From Promethearchaeota archaeon (GTDB lineage Archaea > Asgardarchaeota > Lokiarchaeia > Sigyniarchaeales > Promethearchaeaceae), in contig JAFGBS010000009.1 of NCBI GenBank assembly GCA_016933055.1, positions 720,001-752,000 of the forward strand: 32,000 nucleotides of DNA, read 5' to 3'. The position numbers and the translations under genes were made by a program. A model generated the notes under the pieces. It worked only from the letters and a program-made list of their open reading frames with translations, was not told where the DNA came from and ran no database searches. Shown in pieces: positions 17,309 through 26,801 of this stretch; the first letter of the stretch is position 1, and each line of letters starts with the position of its first letter.

Positions 17309-18529
17309 TTATTTATGGATAGCATAAGCTAGTAAAAAGTGAAAACTTGTTCCATCTAAAATAGAATCAATATTTCCATACTCATTGGGAGTATCATGAT
17401 TACCCCCTTCATTTCCTGCGACCATTATTGATAAAATCCCCTTAAGAATACCTATATTCATATTAGTAGATCCCATGTCACTCAGAAATACTTCTTTTCC
17501 TAATTTTATTGTAATATATTCTGCAAATTTTACGAGTTGTGAATTCTTCGCATCCGAGATCTGAGCAGCTGGTAGATCCTTATAAATCTCAATTTGATAC
17601 TTGAAATCATACTTGTTTGCAATATTTTCACTGATATGGGTTATCTTTTCGAATAGTTTATTTAAAATCTCGTTGTCATAACTACGCAAATCGACAGATA
17701 ACCAACCCTTTTCGGGTTTATGATTAAAACTCTTACCTGATTTAACCATTCCGATATTAATATACGCTCCAGTCAATTGTATCTTTCCTATACCCAAATT
17801 GTGATAATTTTGATTATTTAAATTTTCTCTTGATGGTAATGGAATTTCAAAAATCTGAGTGATCGCTTCCGCAAGTGCTACATTCACATTTGGTAATCCT
17901 CCAGATAAAGTATGACCACTTGGACCATAAAAATGGACTTTGAGCATTTTTATACCTAAAGCTCCATAAAAAATTCTGCCAAATCCTCCCATAATATCTA
18001 TCACATAATCAATGTCATCATTTTCTTGTAGAAAAAATCTAATTCCTCCAAAATCTTGCTCTTCTTGTACCACTGCTACCAAATATATAGTACCGCTGAG
18101 TTCAGTTTTTTTAGCAAACAACAATTTCGCAAGTGCTATCAAAGTGACGCATGATCCCGTGATTAAAGTTCCAGGTCCGACGATTTTGTCGTTTTCAATA
18201 CGCACTGGAAATTTTTTAGAATTCACCCGATCAGCAATGGTAATGAGATCATCCATTGTACATAAAAATGCCGTAGTAGGTCCTTTTTTTTTTGTTTGAA
18301 GGATCCCTATAACATTTCCAACTTGATCGATATAAACGTGGGGAATGCCCATTTGTAATAATTTTTTCTTGATATATTCAGCTCGTTTGGATTCCCCTCC
18401 CGATGGGGAATAAATACTGGCAAGAGTCAACCAATTCTCAATCAGTTCCTTTTTATTTGAATAAAGAGATTCAAGAATACCGCAGGATTTTATTTCACGC
18501 AAGATTTCGTCAATTTGTTGTTGAATCAT
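17309..18529 (-). CDS. M20/M25/M40-family metallo-hydrolase homologue with degenerate metal ligands
   Basis: SPSGGESKRA, DQVGNVIG, VQEE, GPSGHT, NIGMV, VDLRS and GST fit the fold. Ligand motifs read LCTMD, PGTLIT and NHDTPNE. Confidence 0.85.
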   Translation of the reverse strand: MIQQQIDEILREIKSCGILESLYSNKKELIENWLTLASIYSPSGGESKRAEYIKKKLLQMGIPHVYIDQVGNVIGILQTKKKGPTTAFLCTMDDLITIADRVNSKKFPVRIENDKIVGPGTLITGSCVTLIALAKLLFAKKTELSGTIYLVAVVQEEQDFGGIRFFLQENDDIDYVIDIMGGFGRIFYGALGIKMLKVHFYGPSGHTLSGGLPNVNVALAEAITQIFEIPLPSRENLNNQNYHNLGIGKIQLTGAYINIGMVKSGKSFNHKPEKGWLSVDLRSYDNEILNKLFEKITHISENIANKYDFKYQIEIYKDLPAAQISDAKNSQLVKFAEYITIKLGKEVFLSDMGSTNMNIGILKGILSIMVAGNEGGNHDTPNEYGNIDSILDGTSFHFLLAYAIHK

Positions 18530-20330
18530 TTTGAATCATTGGGATGTCCACAAAGGAGGGATTATCTTTAGTATGATATATAGTATATATTGATGAGGAT
18601 TCCAAATCTTTTGGATAGATTGAGAAATTATCTTTATCTGCACCTGCAATTGCAATCCGTATTTGCATTCCTTTATCGATCCAAACGGAAATTGGCTCTA
18701 ATGCAAAACTGATATTATAGATTTTATCTGGAGTCAAATATTCCGCATCCTTCTGTTTGAAACTACGATAAGGTATTGGAGATTTATAAGGTGAGCTTTC
18801 TTGTGCGAGTTTCCAATGAATTAATCTCAACATTCCTTCACTGAGATAATAGACTTTATCATTGTGCACTAACTCGAAATATACAAATAATGAACCATCT
18901 TCATGAGTTGAACTTAGAGATAAATTTATTATCGGATGCCCTGTAACTTCTAGAGAATTAGTGATGGGTTCACTAGTAAACGTAAGTAACTTGGTATCTT
19001 CTTTCGAACGATTCTTATAAATTACTGGATTGTAAAATTGAGTTCGCCATCGATTTGTAGTTCCCGTTGTAGTAGAATAATTAACTTGATACGTGCTTAT
19101 TGCATCTGAATCTAGTGGGGGTTCAAATGATAACGTGTTATTAGGGTGAAAATAGAATTTTTTATATTCTTGATTGTCTGGTGGCCATTTTGAAGTCGAT
19201 TTCCACTTTTGTTGTCTGATAGTGAAATAATAAAGAACTTTTGGAATTCTGTCCGGGTCCTTCAAACATCTTTTTGCAAATCGAATTTTTTCCTGTAGCT
19301 GGACAAATTCTGAAGGGATTGAACGAGATTTGGATTTTTGAAATGGATTTCCATCTAAATACATCCCATGATTCCAGGATCCGATGATAGCAATATGAGG
19401 ATTCTCATAATTTAAGAAACGATGAATCACACCTGTTGCAGTCGTTGCATCGAACCAAGAACCGCAACTCATTATAGGGGTACCATTTTTAGAAATTTTA
19501 TTCGTATAGGTGTACACAGAGATATCATCGATTGTCCTCCCCGTCACTTTGTCGAAAATATCATCTCTATAATCAATCGATTTTGCTATCTCATAGACAT
19601 TGGGATTATGGGCATGTTGATGTATGAAATCATCTAATTTAGATGTGTTCTCACGTCCTTGAACTGGTTTTACTCCCTTAATGAGTATTTTCAAAAAAAA
19701 TGGATAGGGAAGATTTTTAATTTGATTTCGATCCAAATCGGAATTTGCGAGACCCCAATTTTTAACAAACCATTCCATAAAGACTCCACCAGGATATGCG
19801 ATATCAGTATACACATCATATTCATTCTCACAAACAATATGTCCCTTAATAGCGGGATGATAGACTGTTGCCGATAATTCAGAAGTCGTTGCAGAATAAG
19901 ATAATCCAAAAGTAATGATATCTCCATCTGACCATGGTTGTTGTGTAATCCATTCAGCAATTGAATTCATATCTTGAATTTCACATTGGGACCACGGAGA
20001 GGTACGAACTCCTGATGATGCTCCGCTTCCTCTGACATCTACGCGAACTAAGTTAAATCCCGCATCAATTAAGGGTTTGAATCTCTGAAGGTCTATTTTT
20101 TCAATCCATCGAAATCCTGTCCGGTATTGGGTTGCTCGCCAATATCGAGTTTGATGCAAGAAAGTAGGTCTTTTTTCAGTAAATCCCCTTTCTAATATGA
20201 TGTCTGCAGCAATTTCAGTGCCATCGGGCATAGTAATATAGTCAGAATTAATCGAAAATCGTTTTTTAGATCTATTTTTTTTATCTGTCGGAAGATCTTC
20301 AAAAATTCCAAATTTGTTTGGCATATTCAC
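18510..20330 (-). CDS. CocE/NonD-family serine hydrolase (S15/Xaa-Pro dipeptidyl-peptidase fold)
   Basis: MPDGTEIAADI, QTRY, VDVRGSGASSG and triad GLSYSA/GSWFD/GSWNHG, with a C-terminal jelly-roll region. GTG start has SD-like GGGGT. Confidence 0.93.
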   Translation of the reverse strand: MNMPNKFGIFEDLPTDKKNRSKKRFSINSDYITMPDGTEIAADIILERGFTEKRPTFLHQTRYWRATQYRTGFRWIEKIDLQRFKPLIDAGFNLVRVDVRGSGASSGVRTSPWSQCEIQDMNSIAEWITQQPWSDGDIITFGLSYSATTSELSATVYHPAIKGHIVCENEYDVYTDIAYPGGVFMEWFVKNWGLANSDLDRNQIKNLPYPFFLKILIKGVKPVQGRENTSKLDDFIHQHAHNPNVYEIAKSIDYRDDIFDKVTGRTIDDISVYTYTNKISKNGTPIMSCGSWFDATTATGVIHRFLNYENPHIAIIGSWNHGMYLDGNPFQKSKSRSIPSEFVQLQEKIRFAKRCLKDPDRIPKVLYYFTIRQQKWKSTSKWPPDNQEYKKFYFHPNNTLSFEPPLDSDAISTYQVNYSTTTGTTNRWRTQFYNPVIYKNRSKEDTKLLTFTSEPITNSLEVTGHPIINLSLSSTHEDGSLFVYFELVHNDKVYYLSEGMLRLIHWKLAQESSPYKSPIPYRSFKQKDAEYLTPDKIYNISFALEPISVWIDKGMQIRIAIAGADKDNFSIYPKDLESSSIYTIYHTKDNPSFVDIPMIQNDSTTN

Positions 20331-20360
20331 GATTTTTACCCCAATAAAATAATAAAGGAG

Positions 20361-21791
20361 TTATAATTTGAGTTCTGCTAGCTTGATTTGTATCTCCGTA
20401 ATTTTTGTTTTATTTAGTTCAAATCTTAGTATGAAGAAAATCCATACGATACCTAGTAATATGCCTGGTATAAATCCTAAATGTGCTCGAATCCCCCAAA
20501 TAGCTGAAATTGGTTGTAATGCAACCTCTGCCTCGGGAATAAAACCAGTGATCATATGCACTCCGAGAATTATAACGGTAACTAACGCGGTCCCGAGTAT
20601 AATAAAGAAATTAAAAATTCCCAGATATGTCGCGCGATCATTTTTCTTGTGAGCCAATGTCATCTCATCTAAAATAGCTCCTCTCACGGGATTGAATGTG
20701 ATTCCAAATAAGCTACTCGCTAATCCATTAACAAACATAAGGATCATTGACAATTCGATAGTTGTTGCAAAACCTAAAGAAAATAACGAAATTGCATAAA
20801 AAGCAATAGCGATCTTATAAGAAGTAACACTCCCTAGCTTCTTTGCCATCCAAATCCAAAAAGGCAATAAAGCTAGTACACCTAACACATATGGTACTGC
20901 GACGAGTATTTGTATTTCAAATCCACGAAATGTTATCCCAAGAAATGTATATTCACTTGGTACAAGATAATCTGACCAATAAGGAACGCTAGCAAACATC
21001 ATTGTATCCATCATTACTCCAATTACTTGTGCAAGCAAAAATACACGGAAATTTTTAAATTTAAATCCTTTTGCTGCTGTCCTAAAAAAGTCCCGTAAAT
21101 TTGGTCTTCCTTCTGATGAATTTAATGCAAATTCGATCATTTCCTTATCTTCTTTCAAACCAGGTATGGACAAACCTAAGCATGTGAGACTTAAAACTGC
21201 AGATATAGCAGTCATAATTAGATAATTGTTCAGATTATTGGAAGTTTGAGACGCATCTACAGTGAGGGAGGGTATGACAATTCCAAGTACAAATCCAATT
21301 TGTAGCATGATAGTTTTAATTCCCATGACTCTCGTTCGTTCTTTATCACTACGAAATTTCTCTAAAAGTAATGCATCATAATTCATTGTCCATATAGTGA
21401 GAAAACTATCAAAAATAACTAAAGACCCAAGATACCAAAGAGAGTTTCCCAAATTTCCCTGTGTGGGAGGGAAAAAAACCGCAATAAGGCAGATGTTAAG
21501 AGGAATAGCCGAACTAACTATCCATATAAACCGTTTTCCCCATTTCTTCCAAAATCTTTTGGGTTTGTCACTTATATACCCAAACAATGGATCATTTATT
21601 GCATTCCAAATTACATACACAACATTTACAATTATGAGGAAAATAGGTTCCACTAAAATGACTGTCTCATAAAAATGAAGTAGGTATGTGCGCAAGATAG
21701 AAGACATTAATCCGATTCCAAGAGTTGAAAACGTAAAGGAGAGGATGTTCCAAAATGAATGCCTTTTTGACAATATTTCTTCTTGTGTCAT
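20361..21791 (-). CDS. MFS transporter, GPH (Na+/melibiose-like) family
   Basis: WNAINDPLFGYISD...GKRFIW GPH signature and about 12 TM helices. Confidence 0.92.
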   Translation of the reverse strand: MTQEEILSKRHSFWNILSFTFSTLGIGLMSSILRTYLLHFYETVILVEPIFLIIVNVVYVIWNAINDPLFGYISDKPKRFWKKWGKRFIWIVSSAIPLNICLIAVFFPPTQGNLGNSLWYLGSLVIFDSFLTIWTMNYDALLLEKFRSDKERTRVMGIKTIMLQIGFVLGIVIPSLTVDASQTSNNLNNYLIMTAISAVLSLTCLGLSIPGLKEDKEMIEFALNSSEGRPNLRDFFRTAAKGFKFKNFRVFLLAQVIGVMMDTMMFASVPYWSDYLVPSEYTFLGITFRGFEIQILVAVPYVLGVLALLPFWIWMAKKLGSVTSYKIAIAFYAISLFSLGFATTIELSMILMFVNGLASSLFGITFNPVRGAILDEMTLAHKKNDRATYLGIFNFFIILGTALVTVIILGVHMITGFIPEAEVALQPISAIWGIRAHLGFIPGILLGIVWIFFILRFELNKTKITEIQIKLAELKL

Positions 21792-21801
21792 TTTTTTTTT
21801 T

Positions 21802-21820
21802 CACTGACCTATGGTTAGTG
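21802..21820. promoter_or_regulatory. Operator copy 1: CACTGACC-TAT-GGTTAGTG, upstream of the MFS-CocE-M20-TetR operon
   Basis: 19-bp palindrome with one mismatch, 10 nt from the ATG. Minus-strand TATA TTTTAAAT at 21829-21836. Confidence 0.8.
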
Positions 21821-21906
21821 TATTATTTATTTAAAATTATTGTTCATTAAGTTCCGATCATATACAATATTCAACTATTTCTTTCTGGGAAAATGAAAAA
21901 AAGTAG

Positions 21907-22665
21907 TTAATTAAATGATGTCCACCGTTTTTTCAAGCGTTCTCCTGGAACATATCCAATTGATATATTGATAGCAGCAATTATACCTAAAACCCACCCC
22001 AGAGTAACAAAAACAAAATTATAGATCAACTCATGCAACACGAACAACAATGTAGTTCCAGATAGTAAAATACCGGTTAATGCGATGAATAATAATCCTT
22101 TATGGATAATCATTTCCTCATTGGATTTTGATTGCATTTTACTTCTGATTCGAAATGCACTAATAGTTAATGAACCATAAATCGTTAAAGAACATAAAAT
22201 TAGAAGCACGAAAGGAGCATATTCGATCAATTCTGTAATAATTATAATTCCTGTAAAATCGAGATACCACACTACCCAAATTATCGGAATAACAAGGATC
22301 TCTAAAATAACGAAAATCCAATAAAAAAAGTTATTAATTTGTTCATCGAATACCGTTCGAGTGAATGCAAACAATAATACATTACTTACAGCCAAGCAAG
22401 TGAAAGACATATTCGAAAAAAAGAAGGTTTGAGCAAAAGTAGGTATCCATAAATTCGCTAAATGATAGGAAGATTCAAAAAATGCTGCTAAAGTAAGGAA
22501 TAGGATCGAAAAAGTCATATATGATAATGCTTTTGAACGATTCCTGTTCAATTTGGCACTCATTAATCCAAAAATAATAAAACCGATAATTGTGGATATT
22601 GCTGCACCTATAAAAGCGACCCAAGGATTTTTGAACACTAAATCCAGCCATGGAGTTTGTTCCAT
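21907..22665 (-). CDS. Hypothetical 7-TM membrane protein
   Basis: Seven hydrophobic segments of about 20-25 aa by inspection, no soluble output domain, short basic C-tail (ERLKKRW). Confidence 0.85.
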   Translation of the reverse strand: MEQTPWLDLVFKNPWVAFIGAAISTIIGFIIFGLMSAKLNRNRSKALSYMTFSILFLTLAAFFESSYHLANLWIPTFAQTFFFSNMSFTCLAVSNVLLFAFTRTVFDEQINNFFYWIFVILEILVIPIIWVVWYLDFTGIIIITELIEYAPFVLLILCSLTIYGSLTISAFRIRSKMQSKSNEEMIIHKGLLFIALTGILLSGTTLLFVLHELIYNFVFVTLGWVLGIIAAINISIGYVPGERLKKRWTSFN

Positions 22666-22672
22666 TTTTCTT

Positions 22673-22691
22673 CACTGAACAATGGTTAATG
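22673..22691. promoter_or_regulatory. Operator copy 2: CACTGAAC-AAT-GGTTAATG, upstream of the 7-TM gene
   Basis: Same 19-bp motif, 7 nt from the ATG. TATA TTTATAAA at 22713-22720. Confidence 0.72.
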
Positions 22692-22823
22692 CTTTCAAAA
22701 TCAGTCTAAACCTTTATAAATATATTGATCACGTTATGGTAGAATTCCTTCAAACTTGTCTTAAAACCAATTTAGACGAGTAATTAGAGCGTTGTAGTAA
22801 GTTTTTTATAAAACATGATCGAA

Positions 22824-22842
22824 TAATAACCATCGGTTAGTA
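22824..22842. promoter_or_regulatory. Operator copy 3: TAATAACC-ATC-GGTTAGTA, upstream of the crotonase-CoA ligase operon
   Basis: 19-bp palindrome with one mismatch. TATA TTTATAAA at 22805-22812. A weaker copy TAAAGACC-CGA-GGTTAAAA follows at 22841-22859. Confidence 0.8.
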
Positions 22843-22860
22843 AAGACCCGAGGTTAAAAA

Positions 22861-23655
22861 ATGGACTCAAAAGTATTGTATAATCAAGAAGGAAGAATTG
22901 GTATAATTACACTCAATAATCCGGAGAAGGGAAACCCGATTGACATGGAAACTATGCGTGGGTTGATCGATGCCTATAAAACCAGCGCTAAAAATAATGA
23001 TCGAATAGTTCTGTACATGGCAAAAGGTAAGCATTTTACTGTGGGAGATAACCTCAAGGAGGGATTTGAAATAATGACTAATCCTGGTCTCCGATCTGAG
23101 GGTATTGAAACGGTATTAAACTGGCAAGAGTTAACAAGTACGATGTTAGCACATCCTGGAATAATAATTGTTGGGTATCATGGTTGGGTGATTGGAGGGG
23201 GATATGAACATACTCTTTGGTGTGATTTCAAAATTGCAGCAAAATCCACTACATTTATGCTCCCTGAACTAAGTATGGGAATTTTTTTCTCCAATGCTAG
23301 CACAAAATTACTTCCCCATTTAGTTGGATTGAATAAGGCTAAGGAAATTATGATGCTGGGAGATATGTTTGGGGCTTCGGAAGCTAAAGAATTAGGTTTG
23401 GTTCATCAAGTGTGTGCTGATGAGAAACTAGAGAAAAGAATGCGGAGATTGGCTCAGAAACTATTAGAAAAAGACGAATTAGCCCTTAAAAGAGCGAAGG
23501 AAATGCTTCTTTATGCTTTAGATTCTCCTCTAGATGAAGTGTTGTATAAAGAAACAAGAATAATGATAGAAACCGCTCAATCTCCGGAAGCAAAAAAACG
23601 TGTTGGAGAGTTTGTTAAAAAGAGTAAAAAAGAAGGGGAAAAAAAGGAGGAATGA
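22861..23655 (+). CDS. Enoyl-CoA hydratase/isomerase (crotonase) family
   Basis: ITLNNPEKGN, IGGGYE...CD and MLPE with both Glu positions present, KEIMMLG. ATGA overlap with the next gene. Confidence 0.93.
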   Translation: MDSKVLYNQEGRIGIITLNNPEKGNPIDMETMRGLIDAYKTSAKNNDRIVLYMAKGKHFTVGDNLKEGFEIMTNPGLRSEGIETVLNWQELTSTMLAHPGIIIVGYHGWVIGGGYEHTLWCDFKIAAKSTTFMLPELSMGIFFSNASTKLLPHLVGLNKAKEIMMLGDMFGASEAKELGLVHQVCADEKLEKRMRRLAQKLLEKDELALKRAKEMLLYALDSPLDEVLYKETRIMIETAQSPEAKKRVGEFVKKSKKEGEKKEE

Positions 23656-25268
23656 ACATGGGTTTACCAAAAAGAGAACTTTTTCATGAATATATCGATT
23701 ATTGGGCGGAAGTTGATTCTAATTTTCCTTCAATTAAGTATAGTGGAAAGGGGATACTCACTGCTGGTGAATTAAAAGAACTTTCGTTAAAAGCAGCGAC
23801 GGGATTTTATGAGATGGGAGTTCGAAAAGGAGATACGATTGTAACTGTGTTAACCACCATTCCTGAATTCATAATAACATGGATTGCTGCGAGTCGTATA
23901 GGTGCTATCGTAGTTCCCATGGATGTTAATTACAAGCGAACGGACTTCTTGAACATGATTCCTCATTCTCAGCCAAAGGTTGTTGTTTCATTGAAAAAAT
24001 TCCATAAGAATAAGATCGCAAGTACCTTATTCGAAATAAAAGAACATCTGGGAAATGTTATCTACATAGTTAAGGGGGATCATAAATTAGGAATTTCTTG
24101 GTCAGAATTTATTGAAAAAGATTATTCGTCAGAAAAGATTTTTCCTCTTCAAGGACATATCGATGAAAATGACACAATTCTCATAGTTTGGACAGGGGGC
24201 TCAACTGGATCTCCAAAAGCAGTTTGTTTATCCCATAAAAATGTCGTATCAATGATTCTTCATGAAGTGCGCAAAGTATGCGACTTTCTTGGTAAAAAAC
24301 CTGGTGCAGACAGATTTGTTTGGTTAGCAAATTTGCCTGTTAGTCATGTTGGTGGTTCAGTAGAAATGCTGGGAACGGGTTTAATTGGAGGTTTGAAACT
24401 TAGATTGCAGAAAGAATGGTCGCCTTGGCCTGCTCTCCAAGTAATGCAAAATGAAAAGACATTGTTTGCGGGAGGAGTTCCTACTATGTTTTCTATTTGG
24501 ACCGCTCTTCCCGATCTTTTGGAATATAACTTAAAATCTACACTAAAGGTCGCGTTTATGTCTGGAGATAAAGTTTCTCTTCATCTTTTAAATAAAATTT
24601 CAGAAAAAATGTGTGAAACTATTATTGTTGGTTATGGGAGCACAGAGGCTGGAGCAGAGGTTTCTTTTTCAGAACCGGGAGATTCTTATGAAGATCTAGC
24701 AAATGGGTATGTTGGAAAACCATTACCTGGAGTCGATATAATAGTTGTGGATGAAAATGGTAGTGTTCTTCCTCCTAATCAAGATGGAGAGATTTTGGTT
24801 AAAGGAGATATCACAAGTCAGAATTATTTTAATATGCCCGAAGAAACGAAACGTGGATTTTCAGAAGATGGATATTGTAAAACAGGAGATTTAGGACACT
24901 TGGATGGGAATGGTGGATTATGGATTACGGGTCGGATCAAATTCATCATACGGGTAGGCTCCTATACTGTTTTACCATCCGAGATCGAAGATATTGTGAA
25001 TAAACAAAAAAATGTTCTGGTTTCTGCAGCATTTGGTGTACCTGATGAGAAATATGGCGAAGTTGTGTGGCTGGTAATCGGTCCCGAACCTGGTACAACT
25101 GTTAACGAAACCGAAATCATGGAGCGACTTACCGAAGAGTTAGCGAATTACAAATTACCGCGAAAAATATTAAATTATGAAGTGGATGCAGCGAATATGC
25201 CTTTCACAAGTATTGGAAAAGTGGATCGACCGCGAATACAACAAGAACTGAATATTCCCAAAAAATAA
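23652..25268 (+). CDS. Acyl-CoA synthetase (AMP-forming, class I adenylate-forming enzyme)
   Basis: WTGGSTGSPK P-loop, LPVSH, GYGSTE, KTGDLG, GRIK, TSIGKV. Confidence 0.92.
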   Translation: MNMGLPKRELFHEYIDYWAEVDSNFPSIKYSGKGILTAGELKELSLKAATGFYEMGVRKGDTIVTVLTTIPEFIITWIAASRIGAIVVPMDVNYKRTDFLNMIPHSQPKVVVSLKKFHKNKIASTLFEIKEHLGNVIYIVKGDHKLGISWSEFIEKDYSSEKIFPLQGHIDENDTILIVWTGGSTGSPKAVCLSHKNVVSMILHEVRKVCDFLGKKPGADRFVWLANLPVSHVGGSVEMLGTGLIGGLKLRLQKEWSPWPALQVMQNEKTLFAGGVPTMFSIWTALPDLLEYNLKSTLKVAFMSGDKVSLHLLNKISEKMCETIIVGYGSTEAGAEVSFSEPGDSYEDLANGYVGKPLPGVDIIVVDENGSVLPPNQDGEILVKGDITSQNYFNMPEETKRGFSEDGYCKTGDLGHLDGNGGLWITGRIKFIIRVGSYTVLPSEIEDIVNKQKNVLVSAAFGVPDEKYGEVVWLVIGPEPGTTVNETEIMERLTEELANYKLPRKILNYEVDAANMPFTSIGKVDRPRIQQELNIPKK

Positions 25269-25304
25269 TTGATCTATTATATTTTGAAAAAATTGGTGAA
25301 AAAA

Positions 25305-26762
25305 ATGAAAATTATGAATAAAATAAAAGAAATTGAGGATAAAGAGCTTAAACGTGGATTAAGCTTACCAATGACTATATTTATAATTGTAGGATTAGTG
25401 ATTGGCTCCTCTATCTGGCTAAATCCCGCTGCAAAATTGAACGAAGCAGGTCCTTCCGTTTGGCTTGCTTATCTGTTAGCAGTTATTCCCTCAATTTTTG
25501 TTGCTTATGTGACCGCATATATTGGCTCTGCTTTACCCGTTTCGGGCGGTACTTATGTAGTGATCAGTCGTTCAGTGAATCCGTTTATTGGATTTATGAG
25601 CTTATGGGCTGTTATTCTTGCAGTATCTACGACATTAGCCACCATGGCTGCTACTTTTGGCACTTTTTTGAATGATATTATTGGTATCAGCAATTCCACA
25701 ATGCAAATATTATTCGTTATTGGCGTTGGCGTAGCGATTCTGGCAATTTTTTATTTGTTAAACCTTCTTCACGTAAGTATTTCGGGAGTAGTTGAGATAG
25801 TTATCACACTTCTGGGAGATCTACTTGTGATGATGATATTTATTTTCGCTGCGTTTAAAAATATTAAAGCCGAGAACTTAACTCCCATGTTTCCCAATGG
25901 ATTCAGTCCCGTATTAGTTGCAACACTTGTTTTCACTTTTTCGTATGCGGGTTTTTCCGCAGTAATTGATGTAGCAGGTGAAGTAAAGAATCCCAAAAAA
26001 AATATTCCAAGAGCATTAGCTATTTCTATTCCGATTTTAGTTGTCTTATATACAATTCAAGCATTTGTTGTGGCAGGAATTCAAGACTATGCAGTTCCGG
26101 TGGGAACCGTCACTGAAATTATCCTTAATTTGGGAATTCTACCTGAGTGGCTGGTGGATATAATGGTAATACTGATTGCTATAGCAATTGCATCGACGAT
26201 TCATCCCGTATTTTTGGCATATTCAAGAGACATACTTATTGGTGGTAGGGATAAAATTCTTCCAAACATATTTGCGAAAGTAAATGAAAAACGCCGTATT
26301 CCAGGTCCAGCTTTGACTTTAATTCTAATTCTTAGTGTTGTTATTTTAGTCGTTTACCTCTCCATTCTTGGCCCTGTAATTGGAATTGCACTTACCGATG
26401 CAATTTTGGTATTGAGCTCTGTTTCTGCCGTAAGTGTATTATTCGCCCAAGTTTTTGTATGTGTCGCAGCACTTAAATTTCCCAAGAAATTTCCCGAATT
26501 ACATGAATCTGCTGGATTCAAACCTAAGATAAATGTATTAAAAATTATGGCTTGGTTAGGATTGATAACGTCTGTTTTATTTTTGCTTATAGTGTTCGTA
26601 GATTTCACGATAGCTTTGTATGTCGCACTTTCATTTGTGCCTTTTATGATAATCGGAATAATATATTATTTAATTCGAAAAGCGACACTTAAAAAACAAG
26701 GAGTGAATATTTCTGAGACATTATCAGTGTGGCCAAAAGAAATTACCATTTCTAAGTCTTAA
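25305..26762 (+). CDS. APC-family amino acid/polyamine permease
   Basis: LVIGSSIW, PVSGGTYV, FSYAGF, AGEVKNPKKNIPRA and about 12 TM helices. Start refined to ATG 25305 with SD GGTGA. Confidence 0.93.
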   Translation: MKIMNKIKEIEDKELKRGLSLPMTIFIIVGLVIGSSIWLNPAAKLNEAGPSVWLAYLLAVIPSIFVAYVTAYIGSALPVSGGTYVVISRSVNPFIGFMSLWAVILAVSTTLATMAATFGTFLNDIIGISNSTMQILFVIGVGVAILAIFYLLNLLHVSISGVVEIVITLLGDLLVMMIFIFAAFKNIKAENLTPMFPNGFSPVLVATLVFTFSYAGFSAVIDVAGEVKNPKKNIPRALAISIPILVVLYTIQAFVVAGIQDYAVPVGTVTEIILNLGILPEWLVDIMVILIAIAIASTIHPVFLAYSRDILIGGRDKILPNIFAKVNEKRRIPGPALTLILILSVVILVVYLSILGPVIGIALTDAILVLSSVSAVSVLFAQVFVCVAALKFPKKFPELHESAGFKPKINVLKIMAWLGLITSVLFLLIVFVDFTIALYVALSFVPFMIIGIIYYLIRKATLKKQGVNISETLSVWPKEITISKS

Positions 26763-26801
26763 ATCAAAAATTAAATAATTAGTGAGAACAAGTGATGTAT
26801 T

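Noticed and set aside
17245-17325. Track's long N-terminus for TetR; similar extensions for FAU-1 (4373), GH4 (10824), APC (25269) and LarE-like (29573)
   Set aside because: Downstream ATGs fit the family start and/or have SD-like motifs, and the TetR extension would overlap the upstream gene.
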